Assembly: GCF_963921235.1 (NCBI RefSeq)
Contig: NC_086097.1
Location: 930,001 to 994,000 of the forward strand
Source of the DNA: Mobula hypostoma
Taxonomy: Eukaryota
Direction: 5' to 3'
Length of the DNA: 64,000 bases
A program made the position numbers and the translations under genes. Shown here one piece after another: positions 24,721 to 36,700 of this stretch (positions are counted from its first letter, which is position 1; the number at the start of each line of letters is the position of its first letter). Under the pieces are notes generated by a model that saw only the letters and a program-made list of their open reading frames with translations, did no database searches and was not told the DNA's origin.

Positions 24721-27700
24721 ACTTACTTCTGACCCCGGTGTAAAACCGGCACTTACCCCGACTCCAGGTATTTACCTCTAACCCCTAGGGTAAAACCGGC
24801 ACTTACCCCCTGACTCCTCACTTACCTCTGACCCCTGGTGTAAAACCGGCACTTACCCCCTGACTCCAGGTATTTACCACTAACCCCTGGGGTAAAACCG
24901 GCACTTACCCCCTGACTCCTCACTTACCTCTGACCCCTGGTGTCAAACCGGTATTTACCCCCTGACCCCAGGTATTTACCTCTGACCCCGGTGTAAAACC
25001 GGCACTTACCCCCTGACTCCAGGTATTTACCTCTGATCCCTGATGTAAAACCAGTATTTACCCTGACTCCTCACGTACCTCTGACCCCTGGTGTAAAACC
25101 GGTATTTATCCCCTGACGCCAGGTATTTACCTCTAATCCCTGGGGTAAAACCGGTACTTACCCCCGACCCCAGGTATTTACCTCTAACCCCTGGTAAAAC
25201 CGGCACTTACCCCCTGACTCCTCACTTACCTCTGACCCCTGGTGTAAAGCCAGCACTTACCCCCTGACTCCAGGTATTTACCTAACGGAGTCGGTGAAGG
25301 GGATGTCTCGCTCGCTCTTCTGGTGAAGGAGAAACAGCTCAACCCGAACCCTCCCTAGTCCTAAGCAGAATGAGAAGTGTTCCCTGGCCATCACCATCTA
25401 CCACTTGCCTTTGATCCTTGGCCTTTTCCGCTCATACGTTCCCCTCTCAGAAAATCTGCAGATGCTGGAAATCCAAGCAACACACAAAATGCTGGAGGAA
25501 CTCAGTTGGTCAGGCAGAAACTGAGTACAGTCGACGTTTCAGGCCAAGACCCTTCATCAGGCTGGCTTCCCCTCTCGCAGCATCCATTATTGAGGACCTC
25601 CAGCACCCAGGGCATGGCCTTTTCTCACTGTTACCATCAGGTAGGAGATACAGAAGCCTGAAGGCACACACTCAGCGATTCAGGAACAGCTTCTTTCCCT
25701 CTGCCTTCCGATTCCAAGTCAAGTCAAGTTTATTGTCATTTCGACCATAAGCTGCTGGTACAGTACACAGTAAAAACAAAACAATGTTCCTCCAGGACCA
25801 TGGTACTACATGAAACAACACAAAACTACACTAGACTATGTGAGACAGCACAAGACTACACTAGACTACGTAAAATAACATAAAAACTGCACTAGACTAC
25901 AGACCTGCACAGGACTACATAAAGTGCACAAAACAGTGCGGGCAGTACAATAATTAATAAACAAGACAATAGGCACAGTAGAGGACAAATTACTGTATAA
26001 TAATAAATGATGTAGATGTCAGACTAGACTCTGGGTATTAAGGAGTCTGATGGCTTGTGGGAAGCAACTGTTTCACATTCCTAAATGGACATTGAAGCTT
26101 TGGACACTACCTCACTTTTTAATATACAGTATTTCTGTTTTTGCACATTTAAAAAAATTTATTCAATATATATAATTGATTTACTTTATTTATTATGTTT
26201 TATTATTTTTTTTCTCTCTCTGCTAGCTTGGGTATTGCATTGGACTGCTGCTGCTACGTTAACAAATTTCCCGTTATATGCCAGTGGTAATAAAGCTGAT
26301 TTGATTCTGACAACCCCTGGTCACCCACATCCCACCACACTCTCCCATTGCCACCTTTACAGGACCCAAACACTGCTTCCAGCAGAGGCAGCCTTTCACT
26401 TCAAAATCTGAAGCCGTTGGATTGTCACTGACGCATGTACAATGTGAAAATTGGTGTTTGGAGTGTGCACGACCTAACATTACTATAAATAATGTACAAG
26501 AGTTCATGGGTTCATTGTCCATTCGGAAATCTAATTTCAGACGGGAAGAAGCTGTTGCTATAACACTGAGTTCGTGTCTTCAGGCTCTTGTACCTTCTCC
26601 CTGATTGAGAAGGGGCACGGTCTGGATGATCAGAGTCCGTATTGATGGATGCCACCTTCTTGAGGCATCACCGCGTGAAGATGGCCTCAGTGGTGGGGAG
26701 AGTTGGCTGAGTCTACAACCCTGTGTTTCCACATCAGAATGAATGTTCTCCACCTTCCATCTGCAGAAATTAGCAAGAGTCCTTGGTGTGAGGCATGCAA
26801 GACTCCCTACCCCCATTCTAACCACTTCCTACAGGAGCACTGTCAGCACTGTCCTGTCTGACTGGACTGTATCATTGTGTGCTATAGAAGCTGTAAAGTA
26901 TCGGACCACAAGACCCTACCGCTGAGAGGATCCTCCCCACTATCTGTGACACTTACCAGGAGTGTTGAATATGAAGGGCCCAAAGCATTGTTGAGGATCC
27001 CTACCACCCATCCCACAATCTGACACAACAATGTTAGGGAGGAGGTAGCGGAGTATCAGGACTAGGACTGCGAGACTGAGTAACAGCTTCTTCCGTCAGG
27101 CTGTGAGACTGATGAATACCCTGCCACTAGTTTTGTCATTAGGACTGCGAGCTGTTTACAGTTTACCTGTGCTGTGCACCACATGCATTGTGAATTATAT
27201 TTTAACTTTTTTATGTAAATGTTTTTATGTACTGTGTGAGATGCATGTTTTTGGCTGCAACATGGTCCAGAGGAATGTTGTTTCATTTGGCTGCATATAT
27301 GTACAGTCAGATGACAATTAGGCCATTCAGCCCATCGAATCGGCTCCACCTTTTCATTGTGGCTGATTTATTAGTCCTCCCCACCCCATTCTCCTGCCTT
27401 CTCCCTATAACCTTTGATACCCTGACATAGCAAAATCCTATCAATCTCCACTTTAAATTATCCCAGCGACTTGGCCTCCACAGCTGTCTGTGGCAATGAA
27501 TTCCACAGGTTCACCACGCTCTGGCTAAAGAAATTATTCCTCATCTCTGTTCTAAATGAATACTACTCTATTCTGAGGCTGCATACTCTGATCATAGACT
27601 CACCCACTATAGGAAATATCCTCTCCACATTCACTCTATCTAGGCCTTTCAACATTCATGAGGAAATCTGCAGATGCCGGAAATTCAAAAGTTGCTGGTG

Positions 27701-30700
27701 AACACAGCAGGCCAGGCAGCATCTCTAGGAAGAGGTACAGTCGACGTTTCGGGCTGAGACCCTTCATGAGGACTAACTGAAAGAAGAGTAACTGAAAAAA
27801 GAGGGAGGGGGGAGAAAACCTCCAACCTGATGGCATGAACATTGACTTCTCAAACTTCTGCTAATTTCCCCCTTTTCTTTCTCCCTGGGCCTCCTGTCCC
27901 ATGATCCTCTCATATCCCTTTTGCCAATCACCTGTCTTCTTGAGCCAAATCACGTCAAACCTCTAATGAAGTTGAGCCACTGCCATGCCACGATGTGTTG
28001 AGTCCAGGACAGATGCCCTGAGATGCTGACACTGTGGTCTCCTCAACACTGGAAAGACCAGATATAGATGGGGTGATTGTGCTTTGATCTCACTGTGTGG
28101 CGTCCTGTGGTGCAGCAACCCTTTATCTTCTGCCTGGGCACTGTGCAGCATGGCGTGTTGACCTCAGTACTAACATCTCCAGCTTTCTTCCTCAGAATCA
28201 ATCACTCCAGCTGGTTGTCATTCTCGTTCGGTTTCTCTCCCTATTGGTCCAGTCCGGTCTACTGTACACTTCGTTATGTAATTTTGTGTCTGATTATCCC
28301 TTGAATATTCTCTGTCCTGAGTGCCAAGACTCTGATGTACCTGTGATCCCAACATCTGACCCTCCCTAGCCCTAGTTTGGCGCTTCACGTTGCCATTCCC
28401 AGGGACTTAATCTCAGTCTCTATCCCATTTGTCTGGGCACTCACCATTTACATACCCTGAGCCCCACAGTTGTGGGGGGGTGGGGGGGGGAATCAGTCAG
28501 AAGCCCCACAGCGAAGTTACTGCCCTTTCACCCACTCCGGTCACCTGCCACTTCCTTCCACTCTAGGGGAGCTGCTGGACTTGATCCGGAAGGAGAGCCG
28601 GAAGGTGATTGTTGCCCAGCCCTTTGAGACCACTGTGGGGAACATTATCCGGCGGGTGATGAAGATCATTCGTGAAGAGTACAGCCGGTGAGAGTGGGGT
28701 ATGCACTGGTTGGGGGGTTCTTTAGGGGATTATGGGGGGGGGGGAGGTTAAGTGGATTATGGGAGATCACACTGGGTGTGGGTGGGTCTTTAGAGGTTTA
28801 GGGAGACCATGCCGGGTGTTAATGGGTCTCCAGGCGGTTATGGGAATCGCGTTGGGTGTGGGTCGGTCTTAAGAAGATTACAGGGATCTCGCAGGGGGTG
28901 AGTGGATATTCAGAGGGTTACAGGAATCATACCAACTGTGGGAAGGTATTACAAGGGTTACAGGAATTGTGCTGAGTTGGGGTGGGGTTCTCTAGAGAGT
29001 TACGGGGATCACACTGGGTGTAGGTGGATCAGTAGAGGGTTACGGGCACATGCTGGGTGTGTGTGCGTCTGTAGAGAGGTATGAGAATCACATGGGTAGG
29101 TGATTAGAAGACTTGGGGGATTACAGTGGGTGTGTGTGAGTCTCTATAGAGTTACGGGGATTACACTGGGTGTGTGTGAGTCTATAGAGTTACAGGGATT
29201 ACAGTGGGTGTGTGTGAGTCTATAGAGTTACAGGGATTACAGTGGGTGTGTGTGAGTCTATAGAGTTACAGGGATTACAGTGGGTGTGTGAGTCTATAGA
29301 GTTACAGGGATTACAGTGGGTGTGTGTGAGTCTATAGAGTTACGGGGATTACAGTGGGTGTGTGTGAGTCTATAGAGTTACGGGGATTACAGTGGGTGTG
29401 TGTGAGTCCGTACAGTTACAGGGATTACAGTGTGTGTGAGTCTATAGAGTTACAGGGATTACAGTGGGTGTGAGTTTATAGAGTTACAGGGATTACAGTG
29501 GGTGTGTGTGAGTCTATAGAGTTACGGGGATTACAGTGGGTGTGTGTGAGTCTATAGAGTTACGGGGATTACAGTGGGTGTGTGTGAGTCCGTACAGTTA
29601 CGGGGATTACAGTGTGTGTGAGTCTATAGAGTTACAGGGATTACAGTGGGTGTGAGTTTATAGAGTTACGGGGATTACAGTGGGTGGGTGTGAGTCTATA
29701 GAGTTACGGGGATTACAGTGGGTGGGTGTGAGTCTATAGAGTTAAGGGGATTACAGTGGGTGTGTGTGAGTCTATAGAGTTACGGGGATTACAGTGGGTG
29801 TGTGTGAGTCCGTACAGTTACGGGGATTACAGTGTGTGTGAGTCTATAGAGTTACAGGGGATTACAGTGGGTGTGTGTGAGTCTATAGAGTTACGGGGAT
29901 TACAGTGGGTGGGTGTGAGTCTGTAGAGTTAAGGGGATTACAGTGGGTGTGTGTGAGTCTATAGAGTTACGGGGATTACAGTGGGTGTGTGTGAGTCCGT
30001 ACAGTTACGGGGATTACAGTGTGTGTGAGTCTATAGAGTTACAGGGATTACAGTGGGTGTGAGTCTATATAGAGTTAAAGGGATTACAGTGGGTGGGTGA
30101 GTCTATAGTGAATTACGGGGATTACAGTGGGTGTGTGTGAGTCTATAGAGAATTACGGGGATTACAGTGGGTGTGAGTCTATAGTATGGGGATTACAGTG
30201 CATGTGTGGGAGTCTATAGAGTTACAGGGATTACAGTGGGTGTGTGTGAGTCTATAGAGTTACGAGGATTACATAGGGTGGGTGTGAGTCTATAGAGAAT
30301 TATGGGGATTACAGTGGGTGGGTGTGAGTCTATCGAGAATTACGGGGATTACAGTGGGTCCGAGTCTATAGAGTTACGGGGATTTCAGTGGGTGTGAGAG
30401 TCTATAGAGTTACTAATATTACAGTGGGTGGGTGTGAGTCTATCGAGAGTTACAGGGATTACAGTGGGTGTGTGAGTCTATCGAGAATTACGGGGATTAC
30501 AGTGGGTGTATGTCTATAGAGTTACAGGGATTATAGTGGGTGGGTGTGAGTCTATAGAGTTACGGGGATTACAGTGGGTGGGTGTGAGTCTATAGAGAGT
30601 TACTGGGATTATAGTGGGTGTGTGTGTCTATCGAGAATTACGGGGATTACAGTGGGTGTGAGTCTATAGAGAGTTACGGGGATTACAGTGGGTGTGTGTG

Positions 30701-33700
30701 TCTATAGAGTTACGGGGATTACAGTGGGTGTGTGTCTATAGAGAGTTACAGGGATTACAGTTGGTGTGTGAGTCTATCGAGAATTACGGGGATTACAGTG
30801 GGTGTGAGTCTATAGAGTTACGGGGATTACAGTGGGTGTGGGAGTCTATAGAGTTACAGGGATTACAGTGGGTGGGTGTGAGTCTATAGAGTTACAGGGA
30901 TTACAGTGGGTGTGAGTCTATAGAGTTACGGGGATTACAGTGGGTGTGAGTCTATAGAGTTACAGGGATTACAGTGGGTGGGTGCGAATCTGTAGAGAAT
31001 TACAGTGATTACAGTGGGTGTGTGAGTCTATAGAGTTACGGGGATTACAGTGGGTGTGAGTCTGTAGAGTTACGGGGATTACAGTGGGTGTGTGTGAGTC
31101 TATATAGAGTTACAGGGATTACAGTGGGTGGGAGTGAGTCTATAGAGTTACAGGGATTACAGTGGGTGTGAGTCTATATTGAGTTAAAGGGATTACAGTG
31201 GGTGGGTGAGTCTATAGAGAATTACGGGGATTACAGTGGGTGTGTGTTGAGTCTATATAGAGTTACGGGGATTACAGTGGGTGTCAGTCTATAGAGTTAC
31301 GGGGATTACAGTGGGTGTGTGTGAGTCTATAGAGAATTACGGGGATTACAGTGGGTGTGAGTCTATAGTATGGGGATTACAGTGCGTGTGTGGGAGTCTA
31401 TAGAGTTACAGGGATTACAGTGGGTGCGAGTCTCTAGAGTTACGGGGATTACAGTGGGTGTGTGTGAGTCTATAGAGTTACAGGGATTACAGTGGGTGTG
31501 TGTGAGTCTATAGAGTTACGAGGATTACATTGGGTGGGTGTGAATCTATGGAGAATTATGGGGATTACAGTGGGTGTGTGTGAGTCTATAGAGTTACGAG
31601 GATTACATTGGGTGGGTGTGAATCTATGGAGAATTATGGGGATTACAGTGGGTGGGTGTGAGTCTATCGAGAATTACGGGGATTACAGTGGGTCCGAGTC
31701 TATAGAGTTACGGGGATTTCAGTGGGTGTGAGAGTCTATAGAGTTACTAATATTACAGTGGGTGGGTGTGAGTCTATCGAGAGTTACAGGGATTACAGTG
31801 GGTGTGTGAGTCTATCGAGAATTACGGGGATTACAGTGGGTGTGAGTCTATGGAGTTACAGGGATTACAGTGGGTGTGTGGGAGTCTAGAGTTACAGGGA
31901 TTACAGTGGGTGGGTGTGAGTCTATAGAGAATTACGGTGATTACAGTGGGTGTGTGAGTCTATCGAGAATTACGGAGATTACAGTGGGTGTGAGTCTATA
32001 GAGTTACAGGGATTACAGTGGGTGGGTGTGAGTCTATAGAGAATTACGGTGATTACAGTGGGTGTGTGAGTCTATAGAGTTACGGGGATTACAGTGGGTG
32101 TGAGTCTATAGAGTTATGGGGATTACAGTGGGTGTGTGAGTCTATAGAGTTACGGAGATTACAGTGGGTGTGTGTGAGTCTATAGAGTTACAGGGATTAC
32201 AGTGGGTGGGTGTGAGTCTATAGAGTTACGGGGATTACAGTGGGTGTCAGTCTATAGAGTTACGGGGATTACAGTGGGTGTGTGGGAGTCTATAGAGAAT
32301 TACGGGGATTACAGTGGGTGGGTGCGAGTCTATAGAGTTACGGGGATTACAGTGTGTGTAAATCTATAGAGTTACAGGGATTACAGTGGGTTGGTGTGAG
32401 TCTATAGTGAATTACGGGGATTACAGTGGGTGGGTGTGAGTCTATAGAGAGTTATGGGGATTACAGTGGGTGTGAGTCTATTGTATGGGGATTACAGTGG
32501 GTGTGTGGGAGTCTAGAGTTACAGGGATTACAGTGGGTGTGTGTGAGTCTATAGAGTTACGGGGATTACAGGGTGTGTGTGAGTCTATAGAGTTACGGGG
32601 ATTACAGTGGGTGGGTGCGAGTCTATAGAGTTACGGGGATTACAGTGGGTGTGTGAGTCTATAGAGTTATGGGGATTACAGTGGGTGGGTGTATGTCTAT
32701 AGAGAGTTACCGGGATTATAGTGGGTGGGTGTGAGTCTATAGAGTTACGGGGATTACAGTGGGTGGATGTGAGTCTATAGAGAGTTACCGGGATTATAGT
32801 GGGTGTGTGTGTCTATCGAGAATTACGGGGATGACAGTGGGTGTGTGTGTTTTAGAGTTACGGGGATTACAGTGTGTGTGTGTCTATAGAGAGTTACAGG
32901 GATTACAGTTGGTGTGTGAGTCTATCGAGAATTACGGGGATTACAGTGGGTGTTAGTCTATAGAGTTACGGGGATTACAGTGGGTGTGGGAGTCTATAGA
33001 GTTACAGGGATTACAGTGGGTGTGTGGGAGTCTAGAGTTACAGGGATTACAGTGGGTGGGTGTGAGTCTATAGAGTTACAGGGATTACAGTGGGTGTGAG
33101 TCTATAGAGTTACAGGGATTACAGTGGGTGTGAGTGTATAGAGTTACGGGGATTACAGTGGGTGTGTGAGTCTATAGAGTTACGGGGATTACAGTGGGTG
33201 TGAGTCTGTAGAGTTACGGGGATTACAGTGGGTGTGTGTGAGTCTATATAGAGTTACAGGGATTACAGTGGGTGGGAGTGAGTCTATAGAGTTACAGGGA
33301 TTACAGTGGGTGTGAGTCTATATAGAGTTAAAGGGATTACAGTGGGTGGGTGAGTCTATAGAGAATTACGGGGATTACAGTGGGTGTGAGTCTATAGAGA
33401 GTTACGGGGATTACAGTGGGTGTGAGTCTATAGTATGGGGATTACAGTGCGTGTGTGGGAGTCTATAGAGTTACAGGGATTACAGTGGGTGGGTGCGAGT
33501 CTCTAGAGTTACGGGGATTACAGTGGGTGTGTGTGAGTCTATAGAGAATTACGGGGATTACAGTGGGTGTGAGTCTATAGAGAGTTACGGGGATTACAGT
33601 GGGTGTGTGTGTCTATAGAGTTACGGGGATTACAGTGGGTGTGTGTGTCTATAGAGAGTTACAGGGATTACAGTGGATGTGTGAGTCTATAGAGTTACGG

Positions 33701-36700
33701 GGATTACAGTGGGTGTGTGTGTCTATAGAGAGTTACCGGGATTATAGTGGGTGTGGTTGAGTCTATAGAGTTACGGGGATTACAGTGGGTGTGTGTGAGT
33801 CTCTAGAGAGTTATGGGGATCACAACAAATGTGGGTGGGTCTTCAGAGAATTACAGGAAACATACTGTGTGTGGGTGGGTCTTTAGAGTGTTAAGGGGAC
33901 CGTGTTTAGTGCCGGATCTCTAAAGAGTTACAAAAATCATGCTGGGTATGGGTGTGTCCTTTGAGGATTATTTAGAGGGTTACTAGAATCATGCTAGGTG
34001 TGGGTGCATATTTAGAGGGTACAGGGATCATGCCAGCTGTGGGAGGGTCTTTACAGGGTTATGAGGATCATGCCAGGTGTGAGCGAGTCTTTAGAGGATT
34101 GTGGGATTCACACCAAGATTAGGGAGATCCCAGTGGTGGGGAGGAGGGGATAGTCTGGATGGTGCAGACAGAGGAAGGGTGGTTCGAGTGGTGAGGAGGG
34201 TGGGTGGTTCCAGTGCTGGGGTGGGAATTAGAGAGGTGCCAGCAGTGTGGAGGGATTTAGGCAGGTCCTGTGGTGCGGAGGGAGTTAGGGAGGGTGGAAA
34301 GTCCGAGCTTGGAGCGGAGAGGGGAGGTATTGGGGAGGTGAGCCCTGCTGACTTCTCATTGTGTGGCAGGCTGCAGGGTCACAGTGAGGAGATGGACCAG
34401 GAATCTCTGCACCGGCTGCTAATGTCCGGCAGCCAGAATGAGGATCTCAGTGAGAGCTTTGCACCACTAAGAGCCAATGTCATTGAGGCCATTAATGAAC
34501 TACTGATTGAGCTTGGTAAGTGGTGGAGAACAGGGGTGAGATGTGGCAACCTCAGGGGTCGGGGGGGGGTGAGTCCCTCCAGGGTCAGCAAGGTCGGTGT
34601 CTGTCACTGTTGCACTCAGGCGAAGGAGTAGATGCTCCCTGAAGTGGTACAGTCAGTGGGCTCCCAGGATTAATGTTGAGTAGGGGTGTCTGGCCCCACT
34701 GGATTCCATAAGATACAGAAGCAAAATTAGGCAATTCGGGCTAGTGTTCTGCTCCACCATTTCATCATGGCTGATCTAATTTTCCTCTCAGCCCTAATCT
34801 ACTGCCTTCTCTCCGTATCCCTTGTGCCCTGACCAATCAAGATTCTATCAACGTCTGCCTTAAATATATGTAACCACTTGGCCTCCTGTGACAATGAGTT
34901 CCACAGATTTACGATTCTCTGGCTAAAGAAATTCCTCCTCATCTCAGTGGTGAAGGGATACTCCTCCATTATGAGGCTCTGTCTTCTGGTCCTAGACACT
35001 CTCACCATAGGAAAAATCGTCTCCACATTCACTCTATCAAGGCCTTTCAACATCTGAGGTTTCAGTTTGGTCACCCCTCGTTCTACTGAATACAGACCCA
35101 GAGCCATCAAATGCTCTTCACATGACAAGCCATTTGACCCTGGAGTCATTTTTGTCCGGCCTCCTTTGAATCCACTCCAGTGTCAGCACATCTTTTCTAA
35201 GATAAGGGGCTCAAAACTGCTGACGACACTCTTAAGTGAGGCTTTATAAAGCCTCAACATTACAACCTTACCTCTAGTCCTCTTGAAATGAGTGCTAACA
35301 TTACATTTGCCTTACTCACCACCAAATCAACCTGCAAATGAGTCTCTAGGGAATCCTGCGCAAGTCCCTTTGTGCCTCAGATTTTTGAAATTTCTCCCCA
35401 TTTAGAAAGTAGTCTACGATTTTATTTCTTCTGCCAAAGTACATGACCATACACTTCCCAACACTGTATTCTATCAGCTATTTCTTTGCCCATTCTCCTA
35501 ATGTATCTAAGTCTTTCTGTAGCCTCTCTAGTTCCTTAAACCTACCTGCCCCTCCACCTGTCTTTGTATTGTCTGCAAACTTTACAACAAACGCATTAAT
35601 TCAGTCATCCAAGGCATTGACATATAATGTTAAAAGAAATGGACCCAACACATATCTCTGTGGGCCACTAATCACCAACAGCCAACCAGAAGAGGCTCCA
35701 TTTATTTCCACTCTTTGCCTCCTGCCATCAGCCACTGCCTAATCCATGCTAGAACCTTTCTTGTAATACCATGGGCTCTTAACTTGTTAAACAGCCTCTT
35801 GTGTCAAAGGCCTTACGAAAATCCAAGTATATAACATCAATCAATTCTCCTTTGTCTGTCCTGCTTTGTTATTTCTTCAATGAATTCCAACAGATTTGTC
35901 AGGTAAGATTTTCCCTTGAGGGAGCATGCTGATTACGGTTTATTTTATCATGTGCCTCCAAGTACCTGAAAACTACATCCTTAACAATCAACGCCAACAT
36001 TTTCCCAACCTCTGAAGTCATACTGACAGAATTTCTTCTGTCTCTCTCCCTTGAAGAGTGAAGTGAAATTTACAATTTTTCAGTCTTCCAGAACCATTGC
36101 AGAATCTAGTGATTCTTGAAAGATTATTACTAATAGAACATAGAATAGTACAGCACAGTACAGGCCCTTCGGCCCACAATGTTGTGCCGACCCTCAAACC
36201 CTGCCTCCCATATAAGCCCCCACCTTAAATTCCTCCATATACCTATCTAGTAGTCTCTCAAACTTCACTAGTGTATCTGCCTCCACCACTGACTCAGGCA
36301 GTGCATTCCACGCACCAACCACTCTCTGAGTAAAAAACCTTCCTCCAATATCATAGAAACATAGAAAGTAGGTGCAGGAGTAGGCCATTCGGCCCTTCGA
36401 GCCTGCACCGCCATTTATTATGATCATGGCTGATCATCCAACTCAGAACCCCGCCCCAGCCTTCCCTCCATACCCACTGACCCCCATAGCCACAAGGGCC
36501 ATATCTAACTCCCTCTTAAATATAGCCAATGAACTGGCCTCAACTGTTTCCTGTGGCAGAGAATTCCACAGATTCACCACTCTCTGTGTGAAGAAGTTTT
36601 TCCTAATCTCGGTCCTAAAAGGCTTCCCCTCTATCCTCAAACGGTGGCCCCTCGTTCTGGACTTCCCCAACATCGGGAACAATCTTCCTGCATCTAGCCT

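Noticed and set aside
29117..33820. CRISPR-like array or coding ORFs (30692, 31492, 32759)
   Set aside because: No unique spacers and no cas genes; it is a eukaryotic intronic minisatellite, and the ORFs are repeat translations.
34101..34631. 176-aa standalone ORF (likewise 24467-24781, 43593-44036, 44496-44759)
   Set aside because: These are EIF2B2 exons read through into intron sequence.
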